A stretch of DNA of 64,000 nt from the human T2T-CHM13v2.0 reference genome, Homo sapiens, in assembly GCF_009914755.1 (NCBI RefSeq), contig NC_060934.1; one strand, 5' to 3'. The translations under genes and the position numbers were made by a program. Below, one piece after another: positions 1-13,462 of the stretch (the first letter of the stretch is position 1; the number at the start of each line of letters is the position of its first letter). A model generated the notes under the pieces. It did not search any database and had not been told where the DNA came from. It was given only the letters and a program-made list of their open reading frames with translations.

Positions 1-43
1 TGGCAGGCCAGATTTGACCTACTGCCATAGTTTTCCTGCCCTG
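1..43 (+). mobile_element. MER58 (hAT-Charlie MITE) terminal fragment, cut by window edge
   Basis: GGCAGGCCAGATTTGACC...CCATAGTTTTCCTGCCCTG resembles the recalled MER58 end GGCCGGATTTGGCCCGCGGGCCGTAGTTTGCCGACCCCTG. Confidence 0.6.
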
Positions 44-363
44 GTCAAATTTTTGACAAGAGCTGTTTGTAGTATTTCTTAGTTATTATTTTAATGCCCA
101 TAATATCTAGGGTGATATCCCCTTTTTCACTTATAGTAATGATAATTTTCCTTTTGTCTTGATGAGTCAATACAGTAATTTTCTTTTTCTAAGAACTATC
201 TTTGGGTCTTATTTATTTTCTCTATTTTTGTTTTTGTTTTATATTTCATTGACATCTGCTCTTATCTTTAACATTTTATTCTTCATTTGCTCTGCATTTA
301 ATTTCCTCTTCTTCTTCCAGCATGGTAAGATGGAAGCTTTAATAATAAAGAACCATTGTTATA

Positions 364-654
364 TTTTTTTTTTTGACAGGGTCTGACTCTGTCACCCAAG
401 CTGGAATGCAGTGGTGCGATCTTGGCTCACCTGCAACCTCCATCTCCTGGGCTCAAGCCATCCTCTCACCACAGCCTCCCAAGTAGCTGGGACTACAGGG
501 GCGCACCACCACGACCAGCTAATTTTTGTATTTTTAGCAGAGATAGAGTTTCACAACACTGCCCAGGCTGGTCTTGAACTCCTGAGCTCAAGCAATCTGC
601 CTGCCTTGGCCTCTCAAAGTGCTGGGATTACAGGCATGAGCCACTGTGCCTGGC
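364..654 (-). mobile_element. AluJ
   Basis: Full dimeric antisense Alu with poly-T at 364; J-type CTCCTGGGCTCAAGC motifs. Confidence 0.93.
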
Positions 655-962
655 ACCTCCTACCCTTTTTTTTAATACCAGCATTTAAAGCTTTAAATCT
701 TCTTCTAAATGTGGATTTAGTTGCATTTCACAATTATCTTATATTGTGTTTTTATTTTAAGCTAAATTAAAAATATTTTCTATCTTTCTTTGTAATTTCT
801 TCAACTCATGAATTATTTAGAATTATTACTTAATTTCTAAGTATTTGGAAAATTTTTAAGATTAAAAAATAGTTTCTTAATTTAATTCCAATGAGGTCAA
901 GAATATTCTCTGTACTATTTCAATTCTTTGAAATTTGACACATTTTATGGCCCAGACTTTAG

Positions 963-1484
<522 letters not shown>

Positions 1485-2619
1485 TAAAGCAAGAACAGTA
1501 AAATCTTCAACCATACGTCTCAATTTGTTTTTCTCTTCAGTTCTCTTAGAATTTGCTTTGTCTGTTTCAAAGCTCTGTCATTAGATACATACACAATAAA
1601 GAAGGTTATCTTTAAAAAACTTTTTATCATTATGAAATGTTACTGTTTATAACTGACAATATTCTTTGCTTTGAAGTTCATTTTGTCTAATATTAATGTA
1701 TCTACTCCAGCTTTCTTTTGATTATTGTTTACATAGGCTACCGTTTTGTATGATTTCACATTTACCCACTTTAAAGTGAGTTTCTTGTAGACACATTATA
1801 CTTGTGTTTTGCTTTTTAATCCAGGCCAACAATCTCTGCCCTTTAATTCAAACTTGTAATACCATTTACCATTAAACCATTCACAATTAATGTAATCTAA
1901 TGTAAACATAACTCTAGCCAGGTTGAAATCTACCATATTGCTACATAGTTTCTATTTATTATATTTGTTTTATTGTCCTTTTTCCTCTCTTCCTGCCCTT
2001 TTAAAAAAATTCATTACATCTCTACTATTGGCTTTTTAGCAATATTTCATTTCATTTTTGTAATTCTTCTATATAACTGTATTCTCAGTCTACCTTGTGA
2101 TAATATATCAGTTCATCTATTATCTAAGAAACTTACAGCAGTGTTCTTCCATTTCCTACTTCCCTCCCTATGCTATTATTTCCTTACATTTTATTTTGAT
2201 ATATTTTATAAACCCTGTAATACATTGTAGCTTTTTAAAATTATTTTTAACTGATCAATCATCTTTTTGAATGACAGATCAGCTTTGCATTCCTAGAATA
2301 AAATTCACCTGGTTGTAATATACTATGCTTTTCATATTATGTTACATTTAACTTTCTAAAATGATTAATATATCACTAGAAATTATCTTAAGTACAATAG
2401 CATAATCACAGTGTAATGACAGAGAATATCTAGGGGTTGTGGACAAGATTAGTTGATCAGGATATTGCACTCAGAGAAGATAACATATAAGCTGCAACCT
2501 ACAAGATAAGAATGAAGCCATTACAAACAAATTTGTTCCAACTCTATCATTCAGTAATTCTGTGAACACTAGTAGAAGGAGAAAACAGTCTAATTGAAAT
2601 TTTAGAAATTTTAGGCCAA

Positions 2620-2745
2620 AATTTTTATTTTATAGGTGAGGATATAAAGCTCAGAGGGAGTGAAGGAGTAATGTGATTTACCTTAAGTTTCTCAGTGACC
2701 TATCTGCAGATCTGGGACCAGTCTGCTTCTCGTAACTATAGGCCA
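2620..2745 (-). mobile_element. MIR fragment
   Basis: Degenerate core ATTTTATAGGTGAGGATATAAAGCTCAGAG. Confidence 0.55.
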
Positions 2746-2919
2746 AGTGGTAGATCCAATACACATGTGCTCATATCACAAAAGTTGGTTTCAACTTACA
2801 GTGTCTGTGGTTGTAAGAAGGATATTGCACTAACACTTGGAATGATCCAGTCTAGTTTGCCTGTAGACTCCAGAGATGACTTTGGCATTGAGTGGAGTTT
2901 TAAAAATGTTAAAACTAGC

Positions 2920-3226
2920 AGCCAGGTGCAGTGGCTCACACCTGTAATCCCAGCAATTTGGGAGGCAGAGGCAGGCGGATCACTTAAGGTCAGGAGTTCA
3001 AGACCAGCCTCGCCAATATGGTGAAACCCCGTCTCTACCAAAAATACAAAAATTAGCTGAGTGTGGTGGCTTGCGCCTGTAGTCTCAGCTACCTGGAAGG
3101 CTGAGGCAGGAGAAGCACTTGAACCTGGGAGGTGGAGGGTTGCAGTGAACTGAGATTGCACCACTGCATTACAGCCTGGGGGACAGAGCGAGAGTCTGTC
3201 TCAAAAAAAAAAAAAAAGAAAAGAAA
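2920..3226 (+). mobile_element. AluS (Sx/Sz-like)
   Basis: Full sense Alu with A-rich linker and poly-A tail. Confidence 0.94.
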
Positions 3227-3889
3227 TAGTGAGTTCGCAAAGCCTCTGAGTCTACGAAAAGGTGCAATTCCTACTGTCTCAACACTTGCTCTGAAAGCTG
3301 TGTCACAAATTTGGCCCTCATGCCAGCTTACCATTCCCTTCCTCATATTCCTTATAGAGAAGTTGCCACATTCTACCATCTTATCACCAGGGATCCTTTG
3401 TTTCTCCTTGCTTGACCTTGAACCAGTCTTTTCTCTCAGAATAACCCTACCAGATTAGAATTTTCAAAGGCAATTATCAAAAGGAAATTTAAAAGGAAGT
3501 TCAAAACCTTGAAAGCAAATGTTCTCCGGGTGAGAAAGATCCTTCCCTAAACTGGCCTCAAGATTCCTTCTTTAGGTCTTACCAACCTCTCCTACCCTTG
3601 TGAGAAACTCTACAAGTCCCGCCCTCTTCTGATCCCTGGTTTATTCTCCCTTCCCTATTGGTCGCTGGCCTGCACGTGCTGAATGTAGGTTTCACTATGC
3701 CTGATTTCATTATTTCATAGGTTTCCCTATGCCTGATTTTAGTGCTACATTAGCATCAGCTCTTGGTGTCTGTAATTTGGTCAACAAGATGCCGGCTAGA
3801 GATACACCTTAAGAAACCCAGATGGCTGGCCGTCTGCCCCCACTCAAACATTGATTCATAGGCTCTTTCCTCTGCCTTCCTTCTTCCTC

Positions 3890-4178
3890 TTATTTTAGAG
3901 ATGAGGTCTCACTCTGTTGCCCAGGCTGGAGTACAGTGGTGCAATCATAGCTCACTGCAGCATCCAACACCTGAGCTCTTGTGATCCTCCTGCCTGAGCT
4001 TCCAGAGTAGCTGGGACTACAGCTGTAAGCCACTACACTTGCCTGACTTTTAACATTTTTGTAGAGACGGGGTCTTGTTGTGTTGCCCAGGCTGGTCTCA
4101 AACTCTTGGCCTCAAGCCATCCTCCTGCCTCTGCCTCCCAAAGTGATGAGATTACAGACATGACCCACCATGCCTGGC
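3890..4178 (-). mobile_element. AluJ (Jo-like)
   Basis: Antisense Alu; ATCATAGCTCACTGCAGC, TTTTGTAGAGACGGGGTCTT. Confidence 0.92.
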
Positions 4179-4204
4179 TTGCCTAAGGTTTTCACTTGCT
4201 CAGA

Positions 4205-4295
4205 CAATTAAGAAGATATTTGTTAAAGAAGTCTGCAGTGTCTAGATTCAATTAAGAAGATATTTATTAAAGAGGTCTGCAGTGTCTAGATTCAA
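4205..4295. repeat. 44-bp tandem duplication (2 copies)
   Basis: CAATTAAGAAGATATTTRTTAAAGARGTCTGCAGTGTCTAGATT at 4205-4248 and 4249-4292, 2 mismatches, followed by CAA. Confidence 0.95.
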
Positions 4296-5759
4296 GTTGT
4301 TGTTTTCTAAACAGTATCTACTAAAATGAGTAGTTGTACTTGCTTGGATCTGATTGCACCACACATCTTCCATTCTATTCATTCAGGGGTGGATCGTGTG
4401 TTTATTAATGGAAGCACACCCCCTGCAGTGTGTTCATTTCATTAGTCCCATCTGAGAGTAAAGGAAACTGACAGTTTAAGTGGAAGGACATCACAGAAAT
4501 CCCTGCTACTCGCACTACACCTTACCCTCTCACTGGCATGACCTTATTTGGTTTTCACAGAGGCCCCGCTTGCTACGTGAGTTACCTGCTATTCCCTCTT
4601 TCTCAGCAGATTAGGAGACAGGGAAGGGTTCTGGGCTAAACAATTCACCCAAGGTCCCATGGAAGGTCAGTCATAGAACAGAAACCCAAATGCTGGCCTC
4701 TCACCTCCTGGCTCAGCCCTCTCTCCACCCCCACATGCTCTTAAACTACAGTGAGTCAGTGGGACAGGAACAGAGTTTGGACTGAAGACAAGGAGGCGCT
4801 GACATCAGTGGAATGAAAAGAAGCCAAATTAAAGACACTTTCTAATTGCCCAGAAGGGGATGAGGACAATCCTGAAGCCCTTCCTGACTGAAGGCACGTC
4901 TCTCGCTGCAGAGGCACAGCTCCCAGCTCTGGCTGCAGAAGCCCAGATGGATCAGGGCCTAGAGCCTCAGCCTCAGGCTCCCCATTCACCAGAAGCCTAG
5001 GAGCTTCTCCTGCAGTAAAGTTGCTGTCTGTGACTGCACACCCTCCCTCCTGCTTTTCTCCTTCCTGCCTATTGAGTACACCTAGTGGAGCCCATCATGA
5101 GAAGGACTCACTAGAATGCAAAATGGCTTTGGATGAGTTGTTCCTTTTGGGAAAGGAATGCCTCTCTTGTTGCCTTTGTCCTGGGCTAGGTTTTTATGCA
5201 GTGGTTGGCATCATTTGCTCAAAAGAAGAGAAGAGAAGAAACAGCTGGATATTTATTTTTTGTTGCTTTTGGTGGGTTTTTTGTTTGTTTGCTAATGCAT
5301 TTTTCAATCATTTACAGAAAACTATTCCTCTAGAGAGGGAGAAGGTTGATTATTAGCAGGAAAAAAGAGGTAATAGAGGAACAAGTCCAAACATGTCCTT
5401 CAGGAACGTGGCTCAATATTTCCCCTTATTTGCATGAGTGAAAAGAGAATCCCGAGGATGGTTTTGAGGTCAGCAGCTGATCGCCCCCTTCTCCCCTGCT
5501 TTGAATGAGATTTTTGCAGTTCCACTTGTTTTTGGATCCCAGCAAAATGAACATTGACATTTAAAATGAACACGAAAGGAATAACATTTTGGGAGAGGCT
5601 TAGTTGATATTACAGTTTTAGGAATTAAGATACAAACAGCAAGAGGGTCCTGAAAGTAATAATAATATCTGTAAGGATAATGATTGTTAAAGTAGCCACT
5701 ATGTACTAGGTTCTGCCATGTTGAAATATACGTATATGTTTATTGTTCACTACTCCTAT

Positions 5760-5915
5760 TAAGACACAAATTGTAGACGTGAGTATTCCTCTTTCACAGA
5801 TTAAAACAAAATCCCAAGACAATTTTTCAAGCTCAGCACAGCAAAATGACTTACCCATGCCCAAAGCAGAGGAACTATAGCTTGGGATTAAATCCATCTA
5901 GCTTGCCAAACCATA
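5760..5915 (-). mobile_element. MIR fragment
   Basis: ATTCCTCTTTCACAGATTAAAAC...TGACTTACCCATG...GCTTGGGATTAAATCCA. Confidence 0.5.
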
Positions 5916-6229
5916 GTCTTTGGCAAATGTTTACATCCTTATTGCTGTGATGAAGTTGCTTATACCTCTAGTATTATAAGATCAGGGGACTGGTGGCCTG
6001 GACTGAAGCTCAGGTGGCTATTGCATTTCTAATGAGGTCTCCGTATATTTCAAACTTTGAGAGTTCAAAAACCCAGCTTCATCCATTCATCCAAGGGTGA
6101 CAAAGTACTGGCAAGTTGATTTGCAAGAGCCAGATTTATAAAAGCTTTTTTTTCATGCCAGGATGCTGACTGCTTAGTTTTAGCAAGGTGACTTTCCCTT
6201 TCTGATCATATTTAGATCAATTCCTTAGA

Positions 6230-6680
6230 AAGACTAATCTAGCTGTTGGAGGTAGGTAGATTGGAACAAATAGGAGGGAAAGGTGCAGAGAGCAGTTTGG
6301 AATAAAAGTAATGAGTACAAGAATTAAGATAATGGAGTTGGAAGTAGGAAAGACGTAGTGATATGAGACAGACCCTGTGGGCAAATAATCCACCTGACTC
6401 AGCAGCTGTCTGACCTCAGGGAGAGAAAGAAAGAGGAATCAAAAAGTTGAGATTTCCAGTTTGGTGATGAAGAGATGGGCGACTTCATTTTAAGGAAGTA
6501 ACTACAACACAAGGTGAGTTGAGATTTGAGCATAGGGACTTTAAATTTCAAGTCCAAAAGCAGCTATCAATTTAGCACCTAAAGTTGTAGGACTGACTAG
6601 GATAAAAATATATTTGGGGGATTTTCAAGGACCATTGCAAATACACAGGGCATCTAGGTTGAAATTTATTGAGGGCAGGA
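6230..6680 (-). mobile_element. L2 fragment
   Basis: Purine-rich antisense L2-like phrases (GAGGAATCAAAAAG..TTTCCAGTTTGG, TGAGTTGAGATTTGAGCAT); highly diverged. Confidence 0.5.
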
Positions 6681-9600
6681 ATGATGACTCTTAGTTATTT
6701 GTATCACTTATGACATATCTCCCTCCTACTATCCAGCCCCAGTGCCAACCCCATTCTCTGCATCTCAGATTCCTCGGTAACTTCATGTCATGGAATTCTA
6801 ACAAGTTTTGGCTGATTGATATAGCAAAACGTAAGTACTGGGGGCCTTTTCTTCGCAGCTCTAGAGAAGCATTACTTGTCACATTTAGGAATGTTGTCTT
6901 TCTTTTTGGGAGGATGTTTCCCTACTCAGTTTAGATACTGGGTGTAGCTGTGGGGCTCACCCATAGGTTTTTCTTTACCCCTGTGTGACCAAGAAAAGAA
7001 AACCTAGAAGAGGAAGATGCAGCCAGCTGATGTATTTGTTTGATATTCCAAGGGATATAAATTTAGGCACAGCTGGGAGGAGAAAAGAGTTTCTACATAC
7101 CGTGGGAAGGGGCGCTGACTTCATTCCCACACTGGAGCTTCCAGACAACCTGGAAGTGTCCATAGTTCAGGCATCCTGCCATAGATAGCGTGACTCAGGT
7201 TCCCTGAGGCTCACAAGCCTTGTTTGGCCCATTATCCTTGCCAATCCACTTGAGATTCCTAAGAGTAAAATTTCACTACAGTGGGAAACAATCAGAACCC
7301 AGTAGGTATTTCTAACTAGATGAAAACCAAGAAATCTTCATTATTATGGTTGTAATTTTTAAAGAACTTCACTTAATCAAAAATCCTCCCTGGACCTCCA
7401 AGCCTATTCTTCTTCCTTGTAAAAGATTATGGTAATAATTAACAATAATGTCATTATCATATCTTACATATAATAGTTATCTAAGAACAGCAACATTTCA
7501 CATTTATGATTGTGTATTAAATGCCAGGCAGCACCTTACACTCATCACATTTAACTTTCACAACACTTTTCCATAATTATTTTAATTTGGTATTTTTTAT
7601 CCCCATTTTGTTTGTTGTTTCATAATCCTGGACTCTCAGAAGAGAATATTTGGAGGTCATCCAGGCTAGACTCAGTCATGAAGTTGGCTGGCAATGTTAT
7701 TGAAGAATAAGCCTGTCTGATTTCCACTTTTTCTAGCCTCCTAAACACTGACCTATCAGTACTATCTTGGATTCTTTATGTCGTGGAGTGTCTGCCACAA
7801 TTTTTACTTCCTCAACTGCTAAACAACACCTCATCCTGCATCCCAGAGTCCACCACACAAGACTCTGGGAGTCCTTTTTGCCCATGCAGGAAGCATTAAA
7901 CCCATTTATCCCATCTCTTATCCAGTGTGTACCAGGAACCATTTCTTTACTCTAATGTTTCTCAAGGAGCCAATGATTCCCCAAGATTGTTTTGAATTAA
8001 AAGCAACCTTGCATACACATATATGCACCCTCTTTTTCTCTACAACCCATGACAACATCAAAAGTTCAGAAAAAGTGTATCTTTTACTCCATTAATCTCT
8101 ACCCAAAAAGAGTCAGTAGTAATCTAGCCACTCGACAAATAGCAAATGATGGCATTGAAAAGTATACCTGCCACATAAAAGTAAAGCACTTGAAATCTAC
8201 ATTCAGAATCTCTTTCAAATTTTTGAGTAGGCCATTAACATAAGAAAAAAAGAATCTGAAAATTTACATCACAAATGTGTGCTTAGAACAGATCTATGAA
8301 TTTCATAACACACATGGAGTTGGCAGTTCTAGATTATGAATTTATATGTGATCCAGGTGCCCTTCTACCTACAAACTCTTTGTCCATTGGCATCTGGGTC
8401 TTAGCTTATGTAACATGAAGAGGTAACCTATGAAAATTGACTAATTGTCAGGTGACATTGTCAGCTGGCATGTCAGGTGGCCTCCTACCTCCACAGTGGG
8501 TGCCATTAAGGAAATGCTCAAGATGGGACTCAATGAACAACCTACGTGAGCAGGAGCTATGTGCCTTCCCTTGCAAGTCAACACACAAAAGAGGCTGTCT
8601 TGTCATGCTTCTGCTCCTCTCCTGAATCAAGAATGGCCATAACTCACACTGTCAGTGAATTTTCATTTCTTGAGCACTAAATTCAAAGAATCTGATAGGC
8701 ACTTCTTTCACCTCCCAAATTTCCTGCAATATTGGTCTGTTGAACCGAATTGTTCTATCTAATATTCAGTTCTTTGTCTTCCTGAGTGCTGAAACCTAGG
8801 GGAGAGGTAACTAAAGAATGCTGTGACTAATTTTATGTTGGTTTCTGGTGTATTTTAACTGAAGAAATATGAAGTCTTATTATAGATGGCATATTCTCTG
8901 CTCAGAAATCACAAAGGAATACACTAATATGCAAATCACAATGCCTAACTTTTGTGTCAAAAGATCTGCAACCTGCAAGATGAGAAATGGCCAAGGGCCC
9001 AAGACTGATTCTCCAAAAGGCATTAAGTCTTACTTTCCCAAGGACACAAGGGTTGAGAGTCACGTTAAGAGTGTCCAGCTTCCCGGAAAAACTAGTCCTC
9101 ATATTGAAACAAGATCCACTCGCTCTTAGGCTATTTACATCTGAGGTTTATTTTTTCAAGAAACCCAGATTAAACCACTTTTAAGGGCATTATTCAAATA
9201 TTTTTCAATCTATCGTAGTTTCCGTGTTTTTAATCTCTACTTTGCCCATTTTTCCACTGCAGAACAAAGACAGGCTTGAAAAAAGACAGATGGGGCAAAT
9301 GTGGAAGGTGGCGGCCACTTTAAATGACAGCTCCGCAACGGACAAAAACGGGCTCTCCTCATTATGTTCATGGAACACCAAATATGAAGAAATCAAGCTG
9401 CTTTAGGACTGAGACCCTTATGGCAGCTCATATTGCATTGGGAAAAAATGTTAACATTAATAAGTTACATAAGAAAAATGTCCAAGATCAACACATTCAA
9501 GGCCATTATAAATACTAGCATATACATTCAGAAATGCAATTACACCATCAGCATGAACACGCAGGAAAAGAAAATTCCTATTTGCATGGCTGTGAGGTTT

Positions 9601-11330
9601 CTTCTGGTTGCCAGCAATTTCCAGAGTGTATTGAAATTTTCAAATTAACTGAGGACATTTTAGTCAATTTTATCTCTCAATGCTTTTGTGTCACTTTTTC
9701 TTCAAGGTCTGTGCATTTTGCTGATTGAAATGCTCAAACATTTATTCATTTATTCATCTCAAAGGCACAGATCATCATTATGACTTTTTTTTTTTGAAAA
9801 AATAGTGTCAGAACTTTCTAATGTTCTTTTCTGTCTCTTTTCTCCAAATACTTTCCCTCTTCATAACCCTCTTTCTCCCCAGGGGACTTTCTATTGCTTC
9901 TATAGGGAATTTTTTCAACGTCTGGTCTTTAAAAAGAATTCCTCTTTAATCCTAAAGCATTCTATGGAGAAATCAGTTTCCAGAAGTTAGAATAAAATTC
10001 CATGTGCATGCCTGGGTCTGGGACAGGGTGCGGGAAAAGAAGAAATGTTGGTATGTAATCTTAAAATTCAAATGCTGTTCAGTAGTGGCATACCATCTGA
10101 ACTAGCTGCAAATGGTAAATAAACCCAGCTTGTAACTTAATGATCCTTGTGTTTGTGTGTCTGTGAATACATTAAGAACTCTCAAAGAAAAAATTGTGGA
10201 ATCATAAATAAAAGACAGCAGTGAATCACAGACAGTCACACAGAAACAAGACACCATCCTCCCATATGCCTGTGTGGATATTGATGTGGGTTCCTCACCT
10301 TTTCGGTTTGCAGTGGCAGCATGAGACCCACTCTAGATGCTGTGGCACAGGGAGAGGTTTGATGGTCTTCATTACATATTGTCTGCCCTGCAAAAATCAT
10401 CTGCTTTGCTTGGAATTGATTTCAAAACCAGATTCATGCAGTGCCTGTTACACCACGATAAACAAATAAATTAGCTGCTGCAATATGGAAATTTACATGA
10501 TTCAGTGTACTTAAAAACTGTTAACTGTGAACTTATTAATTGAAAGCCACAGGACAATAATCAGCATGTCCTTCAGTAGGAAAACGAATCTCTTGTTAAA
10601 GCGAATTTGTAAGGCAATAAAGATGTATTTTTTCAAATAAATGTATGCCTCAAGCCATTTGATGTGATATTTTTAACTTCAACTTTCGGTGGCTCGTGCT
10701 TTGTTTGTGGACTACATATTGATTTGTTTCCTGAAAACGTGTAGTGTAACTCTACATTCCCACATGGGTTTTTTTCCACCGCACCATGCAGGTTATATTC
10801 ATTCCAGTCAATCTTATTTTTCTGCCTCCTGTCTAGAGAACTTTAATTAAAATGGTCTGCTAACGCTTGAATCTCTTAAAGGGAGCACTTGGAATCCTAA
10901 GCTGCATTTCCATCACAGAACTTCCAGGGAACATACGCCTTCCCTTTCAAACATATGTTCCGAGGGGAATGTTTGTCTAGAAGCTACTAGGTTGCAGTGA
11001 GGACTGAAACATAAACTCCAAGAGGAAAATGACAATGATTTTTACATCCAGGCAGTGAACCAGGCACATTTCTGAAGTTTGGCCAGTTAGAGCTGGCCAA
11101 TCCATAATCCATTATCACCCGTTTGATCTCAGAGAAGAGTTCAGTATGCAGTGAGGCTGTCTGTTCACTGCACCAACACACAGACCCTAGGCCTTCTGGA
11201 AGCTCGTCTTCTAAAACTGTCACACCAGCACTGACACTGCTATTAGATGTGGTGACTGTGCCCGCTGTTTCCCTTGAGAACAAGAATTCTAAATGGTGAT
11301 ATCATGTGATGATTTTAAAAAAAAAAGTGA

Positions 11331-11626
11331 GCCCAGGCACCATGGTTCATACCTGTAATCCCAGCACTTTGGGAAGCTGATGCAAGAGGATTGCTTGAGG
11401 ACAGGAGTTCAAGACCAGCCTGGACAACATAGCAAGACCTCTTCTCTACAAATAAATAAAAAATTAGCAAGGCATGGTAGTTGCACACCTGTAGTCCCAG
11501 CTACTCAGGAAGCTGAGGAAGGAGGATTGCTTGAGCCCAGAGTTCGAGGCTGCAGTGAGCTATGATCTCACCACTGCACTTCAGCCTGGGCAACAGAGTA
11601 AAGGCAACAGAGTAAGACCATGTCTC

Positions 11627-11658
<32 letters not shown>
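11331..11658 (+). mobile_element. AluJ (Jo-like) with internal 14-bp duplication and long pure A tail
   Basis: GGAGGATTGCTTGAGCCCAG, GCTGCAGTGAGCTATGAT; GGCAACAGAGTAA at 11589 and 11603; ~31 A. Confidence 0.93.
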
Positions 11659-11660
<2 letters not shown>

Positions 11661-11987
11661 TTCTAATATGAAATCTGGCTAAAACTATTTAGATAAAAAT
11701 TTAGTTTTAAGATTTCAAAACTGTCTTTGTTTTGTCAGGTAACCTTACTAGTGGTATGGTTTCCTTTAAGTACAATGTGGAAATCTCCCCAAGTCTTACC
11801 CCTGGATTTTGCTTTTCGAGTTCACTCACTTTTACCCCTGACATGGGGAGGCTGCCTGTTGCTCTTGCTGTCTCACTTCCCATGAATCAATCCAGAGAGC
11901 GGGTGTGTCTTGGAGAGGCCTTAGGGCCATGAGCCCTCTGCAGTCTCGGGACAGAGCAGGACATTTCCTCTACCTGAGGCAGCGCTT

Positions 11988-12001
11988 CCACTAGCGGGAG
12001 C
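11988..12001 (+). promoter_or_regulatory. Possible CTCF core motif
   Basis: CCACTAGCGGGAGC versus consensus CCASYAGRKGGCRS; motif match only. Confidence 0.3.
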
Positions 12002-12200
12002 TTCTTCAGCCTCAACAGCAACTGCACACAGGAGCAGATAAGGGGAGGATGTTCCAGGTTGAGAATCAAACCACTCATGAAGAAGGGATCCATGAAGTAC
12101 GGAAATCAGACGCATGGTTCATTAGGGCCTTGAATATCACATGGCACTAGAGAATACTCAACCCATCCAGTACGATGCTTTTTAAAATATCCTATTGATT

Positions 12201-12510
12201 GGCTGGGTGTGGTGGCTCACACCTATAATCCTAGGACTTTGGGAGGCCGAGGCAGGTGGATCACTTGAGGTCAGGAGTTCAAGACCAGCCCGGTCAACAT
12301 GGCAAAACCCCGTCTCTACTAAAAATACAAATACAAAAATTAGACGGGTGTGGTAGCCTGCATGTAATCCCAGCAACTCGGGAGGCTGAGGCGGGAGGAT
12401 CACTTGAACCTGGGAGGCGGAGGTTGCAGTGAGCCTAGATCTCACCGCTGCACTCCAGCCTGGACAACAGCCAGACTCCATCTCAAAAAAAAAAAAAAAA
12501 AAAAAAAAAA
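12201..12510 (+). mobile_element. AluS (Sx/Sz-like)
   Basis: Full sense Alu, poly-A tail. Confidence 0.94.
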
Positions 12511-12729
12511 TACTGATTTTCTTGCATGTGTGGAAGTATATTTATCTTTTTATGAGTATTTTTTAGCAGATTCTAATATTTGGTGTTTTTAGTTACTTGT
12601 AATGGCTACAATAAATTTTAAATATTATCATGTTACCAAATATTTATATTGTCTCACTGATCAAAGTGTCTAGTTCATAGAAATGTAAGTTACTTCCTTA
12701 AACCCAGGCTGAGTTTCTGTATCACAGCC

Positions 12730-13270
12730 TTTTATTTAAAGACATTTAATTGAGATATAATTTGCAAAAACAAAACAAAACAAAACTCGACATGTTTGTT
12801 GTGTGAAATTTGATAAATTTGACATATGTGTACATCTGTGAAACCCTCACTGCAATCAAATAATGGGCTAATTAATCTAAAATAATTTTTTGGCCGCGTG
12901 CAGTAGCTCACGCCTGTAATCCCAAAACTTTGGGAGGCCGAGGCAGGCAGATCACCTGAGGTCGAGAATTCGAGACCAGCCTGGCCAGCATAGTGAAACC
13001 CTGTCTCTACTAAAAATACAAAAATTAGCCAGGTGTGGTGGCGATTCCTGTAATCCCAGCTACTTGGGAGGTTGAGGCATGAGAATCGCTTGAACCCAGG
13101 AGGCAGAAGTTGCAGTGAGCCAAGATTGCATCCTGCACTCCAGCTTGGGTGACAGAGTGAGACTCTGTCTCAAAAAAATATATAAAATAATGTCTAATGT
13201 CCCTTAACAATCCCTCCCTCCTCCACTCTCCAACTCTCCCTTCTCCCCACTCTGAAATATTCTACTAATC
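12730..13270 (-). mobile_element. L1M (L1MB/ME-like) 3' end, split by an Alu
   Basis: TTTAATTGAGATATAATTT...AAATTTGACATATGTGTACATCTGTGAAACC is the typical antisense L1M 3' terminus. Confidence 0.65.
12892..13187 (+). mobile_element. AluSx-like
   Basis: Full sense Alu; TAAAATAAT on both sides. Confidence 0.93.
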
Positions 13271-13462
13271 TTTGAATGCACCTCCAAAATTTGCACACTA
13301 AAACAACAGCAACAAAAAAACTGTATCTGGGTTGAGCATTACAAATATATAGCTCATACATGTGTTTCTTGTTGCTTTCCCTCCCTGAAAAAAACCTTGA
13401 CAAAAATGTATTCTCATGAGACTGAATAGATTTGGAAAGTTGTCAATCACACGTCAGCCAGA

